Assembly (NCBI GenBank): GCA_001872575.1
Contig: MNWP01000030.1
Location: forward strand, 10,780 to 74,779
From: Candidatus Peregrinibacteria bacterium CG1_02_54_53
GTDB taxonomy: Bacteria > Patescibacteriota > Gracilibacteria > Peribacterales > Peribacteraceae
Length of the DNA: 64,000 bases
Reading direction: 5' to 3'
Part shown: in pieces, positions 44,491-55,223 of the stretch
How positions within the stretch are numbered: position 1 is the stretch's first letter
Layout: the number at the start of each line of letters is the position of its first letter
Notes under the pieces: generated by a model
Seen by the model: the letters and a program-made list of their open reading frames with translations, nothing else
Told to the model about the DNA's origin: nothing
Databases searched by the model: none
Translations under genes and position numbers: made by a program

Positions 44491-44898
44491 ATGGGCACTC
44501 GCGATGACGAAGACGTGTGGGCGAGCTATTCCAAGCAAGAACGTTTGACGCGGGCTGATCCGAAGGATGCTCTCAAGCGTGAGATTGAAGAAGACAGAGG
44601 AAAGAAACTCGACGAAAACGAGGAACACAAACTCAAAGAGCTCAAGACCCAGATCAATTTAAAAGAGCTCCAGTCGCAGGTGGCCGGTACAAAAGAAGAA
44701 GAGGCGCAACGCAGTCGTCAGGAGGAAGATGCGCAGAAACATCAAACTTTCCACACCGAAACCATTAAGGAACAGGAAGAAGAAGCGGTCGACACGGCGA
44801 AGACCAAGCCGACCTCTGAGCGGCTTATGAAGAAAGAGGAACTGCATCGCGATGAACAGGCGCAGGCGGGACCGGAGTATCAACAGCAGGCGGGATGA
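44491..44898 (+). CDS. Highly charged (E/K/Q-rich) hypothetical protein
   Basis: This is a 135-aa ORF from the ATG at 44491. A TATACT lies 6 nt upstream of the ATG. Confidence 0.4.
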   Translation: MGTRDDEDVWASYSKQERLTRADPKDALKREIEEDRGKKLDENEEHKLKELKTQINLKELQSQVAGTKEEEAQRSRQEEDAQKHQTFHTETIKEQEEEAVDTAKTKPTSERLMKKEELHRDEQAQAGPEYQQQAG

Positions 44899-44957
44899 TA
44901 GCATCGTGCTGTTAGCTGACTGCGGTTTTTCTATCAGTTCACAGCTACCAGATATCA

Positions 44958-47321
44958 GTGTATTTGCTATACTCTCGTACCGTGCGTCGGACATGGGTTC
45001 TCTTTCTCCTCGGGCTACTCGTCTCAACGGCCTCCGCGCAATCGGAACCGTTTCTCGACGCGATAAATCATCCGCAGCAACTGCAGATAGAAACTCTGCG
45101 TATCCATGGCATTATCGAGGGCTACGGACACGGTCTGTACCGCCCCGACATTCCCATCAATCGTGCGGAGTTTTTGAAAGTGCTCATGCTGGCGGCATAC
45201 GGTCGGCAGATTGACGGAAATTCATCGCAGTGTTTCACGGATTTCTCGGGTGCACCGCAATGGTTCTGGAGTGCGGCATGTGCCGGCAAGACATTCGGCA
45301 TCCTTACGGGGTATCCCGATGGAACGTTTCGCGGAACGCAGGCGGTTAATCTGGCCGAGGCTTTGGCAATGGCGGAGCGGGCCTGGAACATTGCGGCACC
45401 GAACTATTTTCACGAAACGTCGCACTGGTACGACCAGTATTTTGACGCAGTCGCCGCCCGCGGAATTCCGGAATATTTTTTGAACAATCCCGACCATCGC
45501 CTCACGCGCGGTGACGCTGCATGGTTGCTCGTGGAACTGGGTCAGCCTCTCGCCGTGGTCGAGTCACCTATTCCCGCATCCTCGATGTCCTCTGCTTCTT
45601 CTATTTCTTCTACTTCCTTTTCTTCCTTCCCTTCCATTCACAGCGTGTGCGGAGATGGCATAAAGGAGGGGACGGAGCAGTGTGATGACGGTAACAAAGA
45701 GGACGGCGACGGTTGCAGCTCTCTGTGCATCATCGTGCCTGAACCGATTCAGCATGCCGCGATTCGTTTGGATCAGCGAGCTTTGGGAACAGATACGTAC
45801 GCCGGTGGAACCAGCCAGACCATTCTGTTCTCATTCGATGCCAATGCACGTTGGCAGGATGCCATTCTTACGGGTCTGAAGTTCGATGCCGAGGAAGGCG
45901 CGTTTACCGCTGCGGTCAATTATCGTCTCTACGAGGACGGTGATGGAGACGGCAAACCGGAAACGTTGGTGGGGTCCGGTCTGGTGCGTGACAGTATTTT
46001 GAGCTTTTCAGGATTGGATGCTCGTATCTTTGTGAGTCGTGGAAAACGTTTTGAAGTGCGAGCGGATTTGGTGCAGACGTCGGGCAATCTGGCATTGGGG
46101 TTCCGTACCAGTGACAGCGCGTTCGTTGAGTCTGTCGGTGCCTTTGACGGTCGCGAGCTCGTGGGCATTCGCGTGAATCAGAATGCGTGTCCTCGTCTCG
46201 ACAACTGCTGGATTGCCGTGTACACGAAAGATTCCGCCCCGGTGACACTGACCACGCGAGGAAACTTATTCGTGACACAGTCATCACAATCCATTCGCAG
46301 TCACCAGTTGCTTTCGGGGGGTGGCACGACCGATTTGTTGCGCTTGAGCTTCCGCGCGACTGATGAAGATATTGTCGTACGGCGCATTGCCATCACAGGC
46401 GCAACGGATGCCATTGCTGAGCTATTGTTCTTCATGCCGGGCGAGACAACGCCATTTGCATCTGCATCGACATCCGGTTGCAGAACTCCTGCGACCGGCA
46501 AACTCTGCGCCGTGGTGAACTTTACCGTTCAAAAAGATATTCTGCGCGATGTTATCGTGCGTGCCTCCTTGAAGTCCGCTGATGATGGAGCGGCCAGCGG
46601 CGATGCGGTGGCACTCACGCTCTCGGCCGATACCGCGCTCACCGATGTTGCGATCGAGGCTACGGGCGTTGCGTCACAGCAGGATCTTGTACAGAACGAC
46701 GGTGATTTCAGCGCAGAGGGCGAGGTGTTTATCGGTCGGTCGGCAGCGGGAGCCAATAGTGCGATTACGGGTCCCACGCACGATGTTGTGCATACGTCTC
46801 TTCGGAGTATCGAAGATGTCTCGTCGGATTTGGACGGAAGTGCGATCCCCGTCGGCCTGCGCACCATCGGCGTTTTTCGGTTCTCGGCGCATGATAAACC
46901 CGCAATTGCCCGAGCATCTCGCAACCTTACGCTCACCACGCTTACATTTGATGTCACAGCCACGAATGTGTTCCTCTCGACGGGGAGTTTTGTGTTGATG
47001 AACATGGTGGCTCCTTCTGTTGCCGCACCCTGTATCGAGACGGCGCGTACGGGATCGATTCGCGTGACCTGTTCCAATTTTGGCAATTACGGTGTGAACG
47101 CCATCATTCCGTTCGGCGATTACGTTGATCTGGGATTGAAAGGATTCATCGACAGTACGCAAAATGTTTCCGGCGGCACCAGTTTGTTGCAGGTGAGTCT
47201 GACATCCGTCAATGATCGCGCATCATCCTCCAGTGTGGAGTGGAATGACGGAACATCGACATTTACGTGGGTGGATTTCATTGAAACGGACGTGCGCTCC
47301 ACGCTCTATCGGTTACCGTAA
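44958..47321 (+). CDS. Large SLH-domain envelope protein with a Cys-rich repeat (CGDG..C..C-type) and a beta-rich C-terminal region
   Basis: It has a signal peptide (VLFLLGLLVSTASA), SLH repeats ('GYGHGLYRPDIPINRAEFLKVL', 'GYPDGTFRGTQAVNLAEALAM') and 'CGDGIKEGTEQCDDGNKEDGDGCSSLC'. The start is ambiguous (GTG at 44958 or 44982). Confidence 0.75.
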   Translation: MYLLYSRTVRRTWVLFLLGLLVSTASAQSEPFLDAINHPQQLQIETLRIHGIIEGYGHGLYRPDIPINRAEFLKVLMLAAYGRQIDGNSSQCFTDFSGAPQWFWSAACAGKTFGILTGYPDGTFRGTQAVNLAEALAMAERAWNIAAPNYFHETSHWYDQYFDAVAARGIPEYFLNNPDHRLTRGDAAWLLVELGQPLAVVESPIPASSMSSASSISSTSFSSFPSIHSVCGDGIKEGTEQCDDGNKEDGDGCSSLCIIVPEPIQHAAIRLDQRALGTDTYAGGTSQTILFSFDANARWQDAILTGLKFDAEEGAFTAAVNYRLYEDGDGDGKPETLVGSGLVRDSILSFSGLDARIFVSRGKRFEVRADLVQTSGNLALGFRTSDSAFVESVGAFDGRELVGIRVNQNACPRLDNCWIAVYTKDSAPVTLTTRGNLFVTQSSQSIRSHQLLSGGGTTDLLRLSFRATDEDIVVRRIAITGATDAIAELLFFMPGETTPFASASTSGCRTPATGKLCAVVNFTVQKDILRDVIVRASLKSADDGAASGDAVALTLSADTALTDVAIEATGVASQQDLVQNDGDFSAEGEVFIGRSAAGANSAITGPTHDVVHTSLRSIEDVSSDLDGSAIPVGLRTIGVFRFSAHDKPAIARASRNLTLTTLTFDVTATNVFLSTGSFVLMNMVAPSVAAPCIETARTGSIRVTCSNFGNYGVNAIIPFGDYVDLGLKGFIDSTQNVSGGTSLLQVSLTSVNDRASSSSVEWNDGTSTFTWVDFIETDVRSTLYRLP

Positions 47322-47363
47322 CACTTTATTGTGTTATGATCTCCGCTCATTTTCTCTCTATTT

Positions 47364-47867
47364 ATGAATGTTTTGCGACAATCTTCCATTTATGTTCTTC
47401 TCGGCATCATCGGCCTATTATTCACCGCCTGTTCGATTCCCGGTTCCTTTGTGTCACCGCCGGAGTCCGGAAGAGAAGAAGATGTCATGGTTTCTTCGCA
47501 GGCCATGATACAAACGTCGAGTGTGCCTGCCGATGCCATGCAGCCGGATACGGCAGCGATGGCCAAAGGTGAGTACGTGGCCTACCACGAAGGAGTCATT
47601 GGCGACGGTCAGACATCGGTTCTTTTCTTTCATGCAACATGGTGCCCCGTTTGCAAGCGTGCCGATACTTCTCTGCGCGGATGGTATGCGGGTGATGATG
47701 CGTTTCTTACGACCTACAAGGTCGATTATGACACACAGAAAGAACTTAAGAAGCGTTATGGCATCACATATCAGCACACGTTCATCAAGATTGACGGCCA
47801 GGGCAATGCCATTGGCAGGCTCGAAGGCCCGAACGATGCAGACCTGCTCGCATTTCTGCAACCCTGA
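47364..47867 (+). CDS. Thioredoxin-family lipoprotein
   Basis: It has the lipobox 'LLFTAC' and the redox motif 'FHATWCPVCK'. Confidence 0.8.
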   Translation: MNVLRQSSIYVLLGIIGLLFTACSIPGSFVSPPESGREEDVMVSSQAMIQTSSVPADAMQPDTAAMAKGEYVAYHEGVIGDGQTSVLFFHATWCPVCKRADTSLRGWYAGDDAFLTTYKVDYDTQKELKKRYGITYQHTFIKIDGQGNAIGRLEGPNDADLLAFLQP

Positions 47868-47903
47868 GGCACATTGTCATTCTATTTCTCTCCGTACGTT
47901 TCT

Positions 47904-49742
47904 ATGACGCTCTTCGTCACGATGTTCATCGCCGGCCTTATTACGATTTTGCTTCCGTGCATTCTGCCGCTCATTCCGATTGTAGTGGGCGTGAGCATCT
48001 CCGGCCGCAGCCGGTGGCGCCCGCTCATCACAGTCTTTGGAATGCTCATCAGCTTCGTGGGGTTCACTTTTTTGCTTGAGGTCTTCTTAAGCCAGTTTTT
48101 CGAAGCAGCCGATATTCTGCGCATCGCCACGTTTGCGGTGCTGTTACTCTTCGGAATTGGTTTTCTCATTGAATGGCGATGGCTGCGTTTGCTTGGAGCA
48201 TTCTTGAGCGGCTTCTTTTTCGTTGCGAAGGGATGGATTGTCGTCTCGGTCGCCGCGGTGGCAGGGGTCATTGCCATGGAGATCGGCGGTCGCGTGGCAT
48301 CGGCACTGCAGGGTTTCGGTTTTCGCTTGCAGGGTGATGCGCGAACGGAATTCGGCGCAGAGTCACATCTGACGGCGCTGATCATCGGGCTCACGATGGG
48401 GCTTGTTTGGGTTCCGTGTGCGGGGCCCGCGTTGGGATTTGCCTTCGCACTCGTACGTGAGCAACCGGGATTGAAAGCTCTCGCGCTGCTCGCGACATAC
48501 GGAGCCGGCACGGCAGTGCCTCTGTTGTTCGTGGGTTATGGCGGACAGTGGGCCGTACACACGGTGCGTGCGCTCACGCGGTTTACGGGAATTATTGAAC
48601 GCGGAGCCGGTGCGATTCTCATCATCACGGCGCTGGGATTGCAGTTCAACTGGTTTACATCACTGCAAACGCTTCTCGTGCAGAACACGGATTACGGCAT
48701 CACGGGCACGGAGCTTGAAGAGCGGCTTTTTGAAAAAGGAACGGAGTCATCCTCATCCGCGTCTTCCGCCGATGCGGCCGCCGCAGTATCGGATTCTTCG
48801 GCGCAGGCCAAGGTCGTGCCGTCATTGCTGCCGCGATTGGGTCGTGAGCCGGAACTCAGCAGTACGGGGCCTTGGCATAACAGCGAGCCTCTCACGCTTG
48901 CAGATCTCAAAGGCAAGGTGGTGCTCATCGATTTCTGGACCTACAGCTGCATCAACTGCATCCGTACTCTGCCGTATATCAAAGGGTACTGGGAGAAATA
49001 CGAAGGCAAGCCCTTCGTGATTATCGGCGTGCACACGCCGGAATTCGTATTCGAGAAGAGCGAAACGAATGTTCGTGATGCAATCAGGCGCCACGGGCTC
49101 AAATACCCCGTTGTGCAGGATAACAACTTCGGTACGTGGAACGCCTTCAATAATCACTACTGGCCGGCGAAGTATCTCATCGATGCCGAAGGGTATATCC
49201 GCTTCACGCACTTCGGCGAGGGCGCGTACGACGAAACCGATCGCGCGATCCAGAGTCTGCTCGGCGAGATCGGCGTCGATGCATCCGGCATGCCCGTGGT
49301 ACAAGAACCCGTCGGCACGGCACGTCGGCAATCACCCGAAACATATCTCGGAGACCGCAGTTGGGATGCACTCGCCAATGCGCAGGGCCGGCCCTCGTCC
49401 GCTGTCACCAACTATGTCGCCCCCGATCGTCTGCCTCTGCACTCGTATGCGCTGGTGGGTCAGTGGCAACTTGTGGACGGCGAACGGCAGCAGTTAATCG
49501 GAAAAGAAGGCGAGATCAGGCTGAATTTTCTCGGTGGCGAGGCCAACCTCGTGTTGGGGTTGGAAGGTGATGCGGCGCCGGTCAGTGCAACCGTTTCGGT
49601 GGATGGAAAACCTTCGACATCTTTCACGGTTGATCGCCACGATCTCTTTCAGCTCTTCAAAGGGCCGTACGGTGAGCACTCGCTCACGCTCACGCTGAAC
49701 GGGGCAGGCGTTGCCGGCTATGCTTTCACGTTCGGAAGTTAG
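47904..49742 (+). CDS. DipZ-like protein: CcdA/DsbD transmembrane electron-transfer domain fused to an extracytoplasmic thioredoxin-like domain
   Basis: The CcdA Cys motifs are 'ILLPCILPLIP' and 'VWVPCAGPALG'. The Trx-like part is 'LIDFWTYSCINCIRTLPY...VIIGVHTPEFVFEK...YWPAKYLIDAEGYIR'. Confidence 0.8.
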   Translation: MTLFVTMFIAGLITILLPCILPLIPIVVGVSISGRSRWRPLITVFGMLISFVGFTFLLEVFLSQFFEAADILRIATFAVLLLFGIGFLIEWRWLRLLGAFLSGFFFVAKGWIVVSVAAVAGVIAMEIGGRVASALQGFGFRLQGDARTEFGAESHLTALIIGLTMGLVWVPCAGPALGFAFALVREQPGLKALALLATYGAGTAVPLLFVGYGGQWAVHTVRALTRFTGIIERGAGAILIITALGLQFNWFTSLQTLLVQNTDYGITGTELEERLFEKGTESSSSASSADAAAAVSDSSAQAKVVPSLLPRLGREPELSSTGPWHNSEPLTLADLKGKVVLIDFWTYSCINCIRTLPYIKGYWEKYEGKPFVIIGVHTPEFVFEKSETNVRDAIRRHGLKYPVVQDNNFGTWNAFNNHYWPAKYLIDAEGYIRFTHFGEGAYDETDRAIQSLLGEIGVDASGMPVVQEPVGTARRQSPETYLGDRSWDALANAQGRPSSAVTNYVAPDRLPLHSYALVGQWQLVDGERQQLIGKEGEIRLNFLGGEANLVLGLEGDAAPVSATVSVDGKPSTSFTVDRHDLFQLFKGPYGEHSLTLTLNGAGVAGYAFTFGS

Positions 49743-49748
49743 TGCCGA

Positions 49749-51545
49749 TCACCGTCGCGCGCGACGACGGTCGTTGTCTGTCAGCAGTTTCTTGCGCAGT
49801 CGGATGCTTGTGGGCGTCACCTCGACGAGTTCATCTTCTGCGATGTACTCCAGCGCCTGCTCTAAGGTCATGGGCTGCACGGGCACGAGATTGATGGCCT
49901 CGTCGGCCCCCGAGGCACGCATGTTTGAGAGCTTCTTTTCTTTGGTGGGATTCACCGTCATATCGTCATCTTTGGCATTCTCGCCCACGATCATGCCCAC
50001 GTAGACTTTCGTCTGCGGTGTGATGAAGAGCTGACCGCGTTCCTGCAAGCCCCACAGCGCAAAAGCCATGGCGATACCGTTCTCCATCGAAATCATCGAG
50101 CCGTGCGATTGACCTCCCAGTTCACCCTTGAAGGGTTCGTAGGCGATGAAGGAGTGTGTCAGAATCCCTTCGCCACGTGTTTCGATGATGAAGTCGCCGC
50201 GAAATCCCAAAAGTCCGCGCGTGGGGATGCGGTACTCGAGGCGCGTGTGGCCCTCATGTGTTTTCATATCGACCATCTCGCCCTTGCGGCGCGCCAGCAT
50301 GTCGATGACGGTGCCGGTGAATTCTTCGGGCACGTCGACGACCGCTTGCTCAATGGGCTCCAGTTTTTTACCGTTCTCTTCTTTGAAGATCACCTCAGGT
50401 CGTGAGATTTGCAGCTCGAAGCCTTCGCGACGCATGGCCTCGATGAGCACGGCCAAATGCAGTTCTCCGCGCCCCGAGACTTTGTACGTGTCGGAATTGG
50501 GGATCTCTTCGACCTGCAGGCCAACGTTCGTTTCTTTCTCTTTCTCCAGTCGCGCTTTGATGTGGCGTGTCGTCACGAGCTTGCCCTCTTTGCCGGCGAA
50601 GGGGGAGCTGTTGACGAGAAAATTCATCGAGATCGTGGGAGGATCGATCTGAATCGCGGGCAGAAGGTCGGCATCTTCATTCGTGGTGATGGTTTCGCCC
50701 ACGTTGATATCGGGAATACCGGCGATCGTCACGATGTCACCTGCGTGCGCCTCGGAAACTTCGGACCGCTTGAGTCCGTCGGCCACCATCACTTTCGAAA
50801 CTTTGGCTTTACGTACGGCTCCGTCCTGCGTCTTGATAAAGACCGAGTCGCCCGGTCGCGCGATGCCCTCGTAGACTCTTCCCACGGCGAGGCGCCCCAA
50901 ATAGTTGTCGTATGCCAAGCTGCTGGGTTGCATGCGGAAGGGCGCATCGAGGTTCTGTTCCGCCTCGGGCACGTGTGACATGAGTACCTCGAAGAGGGGA
51001 GTCAGATCCTCGGAGCGATCTTCGATCGTACGTTTGGCGATGCCTTCACGGGCAACGGCGAAGAGGTAGGGAAAATCGAGCTGCTGTTCGTTGGCCTTCA
51101 GGGCCACGAAGAGGTCGAAGACCTCATCGACCACCTGCATCGGGCGGGCGGCGGGCTTGTCGATTTTGTTGATGATGACGATGGGTTTTAAGCCCAGTTC
51201 CAGCGATTTCTTTAAGACGAACTTGGTCTGCGGCATGGGGCCCTCCTGCGCGTCCACCACCAGCAACACGCAGTCGACTGTGCGCAGAATACGCTCCACT
51301 TCAGAGCCGAAGTCGGCGTGCCCGGGGGTATCGACGATGTTGATCTTGCAATCCTTGTAGTGGATGGACGTGTTCTTGGCGTAGATGGTGATGCCGCGCT
51401 CTTTCTCCTGCACGTTTGAGTCCATCATCAATTCGCCCACCTCTTCGTACTCCTTAAATGCACCACCCTGTGTGAGGAGTGCATCCACGAGTGTGGTTTT
51501 GCCGTGGTCCACATGGGCAATGATGGCGATGTTGCGGATGCTCAT
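49749..51545 (-). CDS. typA: Translational GTPase TypA/BipA
   Basis: It has '[22 protein letters not shown]', '[14 protein letters not shown]' and 'NKIDKP', with a TypA-type C-terminus. I trimmed the start to the ATG at 51545. Confidence 0.92.
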   Translation of the reverse strand: MSIRNIAIIAHVDHGKTTLVDALLTQGGAFKEYEEVGELMMDSNVQEKERGITIYAKNTSIHYKDCKINIVDTPGHADFGSEVERILRTVDCVLLVVDAQEGPMPQTKFVLKKSLELGLKPIVIINKIDKPAARPMQVVDEVFDLFVALKANEQQLDFPYLFAVAREGIAKRTIEDRSEDLTPLFEVLMSHVPEAEQNLDAPFRMQPSSLAYDNYLGRLAVGRVYEGIARPGDSVFIKTQDGAVRKAKVSKVMVADGLKRSEVSEAHAGDIVTIAGIPDINVGETITTNEDADLLPAIQIDPPTISMNFLVNSSPFAGKEGKLVTTRHIKARLEKEKETNVGLQVEEIPNSDTYKVSGRGELHLAVLIEAMRREGFELQISRPEVIFKEENGKKLEPIEQAVVDVPEEFTGTVIDMLARRKGEMVDMKTHEGHTRLEYRIPTRGLLGFRGDFIIETRGEGILTHSFIAYEPFKGELGGQSHGSMISMENGIAMAFALWGLQERGQLFITPQTKVYVGMIVGENAKDDDMTVNPTKEKKLSNMRASGADEAINLVPVQPMTLEQALEYIAEDELVEVTPTSIRLRKKLLTDNDRRRARR

Positions 51546-51667
51546 AATGAGGTGAATCCCATGTACTTTACCGGAATTTGGCACTTGAGGGAATGGTCAG
51601 GGGGGTATTTTCCTCCTAAAAATGACCCTCTGCGTGCGACTAGTGGGCGCAGGAGAATGCTTCTATC

Positions 51668-53800
51668 ATGGAACACTTTATGGCTTCTGCGTCACCATCC
51701 ACCGGTCACATGCATTCCAAAACGATGAAGCGCAAGATCCTTCGGCACAGCCTGCTCGCAAATTTCTTCATTCTGGGTGCGATTTTAGCGATACAACTCT
51801 CGGGTGTGTGGTCGTGGCTCCGCACCATCGATGTGGGGAGTTTCGTGCGTCCGCAGAGCGTGATTCTGACCGATGCCAATGGTGATGAACTGCGGCGGGT
51901 GTATCTAGATAAGGACCGCCTTGATCTGCCCGATGATGCGTTTTCGCCTTTTCTGCGGCAGGCGGTGATTGCCATCGAAGACGAGCGCTTCTTCAATCGC
52001 GGGTGTATCGATCTCAAGGCCATTGTCCGAGCGGTGATGGCCAACCTCTCGGATGGTGACATTCAGGGTGCGTCGACCATCACCCAGCAGCTCACAGGCA
52101 ATCTTTTTCTCGATCGCAGTGACAAGAGCATTGCGCGCAAGACAGTGGAGTCGTTGCTCGCCTGCCGATTGGAGCAGGCCGCCTCGCGCGAGACGATTTT
52201 GGGTCTGTACCTCAATCACATGGCGTTCGGCGGCATGATCTACGGAGCGGAGGAGGCGAGTCGCACGTACTTCGGCGTGAGTGCCCGCGATCTCACGCTC
52301 GCGCAATCCGCCGTTCTGGCTGCCATGTTGCAACGTCCCACGTACTTCAGCCCCTATGGTATCCATTTGCACACAGCAGTTTCGCGCGAAGCGGCGCGCG
52401 CGATCCGCAAAGGAACAATTTGGAAAGTGGAGCAGATTCCGTCCGCTGCTATCGACATCGGACTTTTGGGAACACATTTTCTCACTGCGACGGGCTCGGT
52501 GTATGTGCGGGGTCGCACCGATTTGGTGCTGAATGCCATGCTTGAAAACGGATTCATCGGCGAGGCGCGGCTGGCACTGGCGCGCGAAGAGCTGAAGAGC
52601 ATGCGGTTTGCAGAGAGAACGACAGTCAATGCCATGCCGTACTTCGCACTCGAGGTGCAGCGGCAGCTCAAGGATGGCGCGGTGCAGACGGACTATCCGT
52701 GCGATACGAAAGCCGGCGGCTGCATCGTGCAGACCACGCTTGATCACGCGCTGCAATCGCTCGCCGAGCGCATCGTTCAGGAGCACGCCGACGAAATCCG
52801 CACGCGGTACGGAGCCGCGCACATCGCCTTGGTGGCTGCGGACCGTGCGACGGGACACATTCTCGCCTACGTCGGTAACGTGCGTTACAGCGTGAATGAA
52901 CCGGGAGCCATGATCGACATGGCGCGCGTCGCACGCCAGCCGGGAAGCAGTTTCAAGCCCTTCGTGTACGCCACGGCGTTCGCCGCGGGCCTCGAACCCA
53001 CGACGTTCCTCCTCGATGCACCGCTGACATTGGGGCCGGATCATCCGCGCAACTATGAGGGCGGATACCGCAGCTGGACGCAAATCAGTCATGCGCTGGC
53101 AGCTTCGCGCAATATTCCCGCGATTCTGGCGCTGCTCTACGCGGGGGGCGAGGATGCCGTACTGCTGACAGCCGCGCGCATGGGTGTCGTGGCTCCTCTG
53201 GATACGCGCAACATCAAGCGCCGCTGGATGCCGGAATTCACTTTCGGTTATCCGCTTGCCATCGGTTCGGCCGAAGTGCCCCTGATCGAGATGGTGCAGG
53301 GCTATCTCACGCTGGCCAATGCGGGAATTCGCCGTCCCCTCACAGCCATTGCGAGCGTGCGCGCGGTGGATGGAACACTCTTAAGCCCTCCGCCTGCTCC
53401 CCCTGTGCAGGCCATCGCCCCGCAGCATGCACGCTGGCTCACCTCCATTTTGAGTGATACTTCCATCCGTCCCACTCCCGCGTGGAACGAGGCACTCACC
53501 GTGTCCGGCATTCAAACCGCCATTAAGACGGGTACCAGCAGCCGCTGTGTGAATGTGGATCCTGCGACGGGACGCTGCACACTGCTGCCCGGTGACGTGT
53601 GGACGATGGGCTACAGCCCCGAATTCGTTTTGGGCATCTGGGCGGGCAATGCCGACTACTCACCGCTTACCGCCAATGCCGACGGCATGAATGTGATTGC
53701 ACCGCTGTGGAAGGAATTCATCGCCGGCGCACATGAACTGTATCCTCAAGGGCAAAAGTGGTTCACTCCGGAATTGAGCGAGAAGAAGAGGAGGGGATGA
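51668..53800 (+). CDS. Bifunctional class A penicillin-binding protein (glycosyltransferase GT51 + transpeptidase)
   Basis: It has an N-terminal TM segment. The GT51 motifs are 'AIEDERFFNRGCID', 'GASTITQQL' and 'RKTVESLLACRLE'. The transpeptidase motif is 'GSSFKPFVY' (SxxK). An AGGAGA lies 11 nt upstream of the ATG. Confidence 0.88.
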   Translation: MEHFMASASPSTGHMHSKTMKRKILRHSLLANFFILGAILAIQLSGVWSWLRTIDVGSFVRPQSVILTDANGDELRRVYLDKDRLDLPDDAFSPFLRQAVIAIEDERFFNRGCIDLKAIVRAVMANLSDGDIQGASTITQQLTGNLFLDRSDKSIARKTVESLLACRLEQAASRETILGLYLNHMAFGGMIYGAEEASRTYFGVSARDLTLAQSAVLAAMLQRPTYFSPYGIHLHTAVSREAARAIRKGTIWKVEQIPSAAIDIGLLGTHFLTATGSVYVRGRTDLVLNAMLENGFIGEARLALAREELKSMRFAERTTVNAMPYFALEVQRQLKDGAVQTDYPCDTKAGGCIVQTTLDHALQSLAERIVQEHADEIRTRYGAAHIALVAADRATGHILAYVGNVRYSVNEPGAMIDMARVARQPGSSFKPFVYATAFAAGLEPTTFLLDAPLTLGPDHPRNYEGGYRSWTQISHALAASRNIPAILALLYAGGEDAVLLTAARMGVVAPLDTRNIKRRWMPEFTFGYPLAIGSAEVPLIEMVQGYLTLANAGIRRPLTAIASVRAVDGTLLSPPPAPPVQAIAPQHARWLTSILSDTSIRPTPAWNEALTVSGIQTAIKTGTSSRCVNVDPATGRCTLLPGDVWTMGYSPEFVLGIWAGNADYSPLTANADGMNVIAPLWKEFIAGAHELYPQGQKWFTPELSEKKRRG

Positions 53801-53843
53801 GAAGATTCCCCAATCTTTCACGGCGGACTACAATGAATGCCTG

Positions 53844-55223
53844 ATGCGGATTTCACAAACAACCGGACCGAAGTTTCTTTCGCTGATCAGTGCGATTGCG
53901 TTGCTTCTGCAACCTGCCGCTCTGGGTGCCGCCGTCGCACCGTTCCCCGATATGGAGCAGTCGTGGTTCGGGTATCAGGAAAGCGTTGCGTACCTCAAGG
54001 CCCGTGGAGCCATCAGCGGTTACCCCGACGGATTATTTCATCCCGCAGACACGATCAACCGCGCGGAATTCTTAAAGCTCGTTTTTCGCTCCAAGGGCGC
54101 CGCCGAACCTGTGACGGAAGACTGCTTTGCCGACGTGCCGGCCGATGCGTGGTTTGCGCCGTTCGTGTGTGCGGCCAAGCGGCGCGGAATCATTCAGGGC
54201 TACAAAGTGGGATCGCGCTTTATCTTCAAACCCGATCAGCCGATCATCTTCGCCGAGGCCGTCAAAATGGCGGTGCTGTCGTACGGCAGCGAAATCGCCG
54301 AGGGCAGCGGAGAGCACTGGTACCAACCGTACGTGGAGGAGCTTGATCGGCAGAAGATTTTGCCCAGCTCCTCGTACATTCCGTGGGCGCCCATCACGCG
54401 CGAGCGCGCGGCCGATCTGATCGCCCGCTACGTGCGCCACGATGAGGATCGCGTCATTCCGAACCTCTCGCCCGGTTGCGGAAAATCGCCGCGCAACCCT
54501 TCACTCACGCTCACGGTCGGGGGGCAGGAGAGAACGTATCTGCTCACGCAACTCTCCCGTACCGACGCCTCTACCCCTGCGCCGCTCATCGTGGCATTCC
54601 ACGGCCGCACCAACAGCAATGATCAGGTGCGCGCGTACTTTGGCCTGGACAAAGCCGCATCCGATTATTTCATTGCGTACCCATCCGGTATTCCCACCGG
54701 CAACGGCAGTTACTCGTGGTCGAACCCGGGTGACAAAGCGCATGTGCTGCGCGACTACGTCTTCTTTGATGCCATTGTGCGCGAAATCAGCGCGAGCGTG
54801 TGTATCGACATGGATCGCATCTTCGTCGTCGGGCATTCGCTGGGTGCGTGGTTTGCCAATTCCGTGGCGTGCGCGCGGGGCGGCATTGTGCGCGCTTCGG
54901 CAACGGTGGGCGGTTCCACCATCATGCAGAACTGCACGGGTCCCACCGCGGCCATGATCATCAATAATCCCAAAGATCCATATTCCTCGCAGAAAACAGC
55001 GGAAAGCATGCGCGATATCCGCATCACGGCGAACACGTGTTCGTCCGTAAGTGAAAAGACCGAGCCTTCGGCACTCTCGTGCATGCAGTACGCCGGTTGC
55101 CCCCAAAACCCCGTGGTCTTCTGCCCGCATACCATCAATGTGGATTACAAGGGCAACTACTACCCGCACGTGTGGCCGGATGGGACTGCGCAGGCGATGG
55201 TGAAGTTTTTCGGGGGGTTGTAA
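53844..55223 (+). CDS. SLH-anchored alpha/beta-hydrolase (esterase / PHB-depolymerase-like)
   Basis: It has a signal peptide, SLH repeats ('SGYPDGLFHPADTINRAEFLKLVF', 'FADVPADAWFAPFVCAA') and the hydrolase motifs 'LIVAFHGRTNS' and 'VVGHSLGAWFA' (GxSxG). Confidence 0.75.
   Translation: MRISQTTGPKFLSLISAIALLLQPAALGAAVAPFPDMEQSWFGYQESVAYLKARGAISGYPDGLFHPADTINRAEFLKLVFRSKGAAEPVTEDCFADVPADAWFAPFVCAAKRRGIIQGYKVGSRFIFKPDQPIIFAEAVKMAVLSYGSEIAEGSGEHWYQPYVEELDRQKILPSSSYIPWAPITRERAADLIARYVRHDEDRVIPNLSPGCGKSPRNPSLTLTVGGQERTYLLTQLSRTDASTPAPLIVAFHGRTNSNDQVRAYFGLDKAASDYFIAYPSGIPTGNGSYSWSNPGDKAHVLRDYVFFDAIVREISASVCIDMDRIFVVGHSLGAWFANSVACARGGIVRASATVGGSTIMQNCTGPTAAMIINNPKDPYSSQKTAESMRDIRITANTCSSVSEKTEPSALSCMQYAGCPQNPVVFCPHTINVDYKGNYYPHVWPDGTAQAMVKFFGGL

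Noticed and set aside
44029-44507. ORFs of 116-141 aa with internally repeated peptides (…RGRANGSITRSDLRAGAFFSTPRIRGSG…) overlapping the tRNA-Arg region
   Set aside because: The repeated peptides are simply translations of the two identical 96-bp DNA units and of the tRNA itself, so they are not coding.
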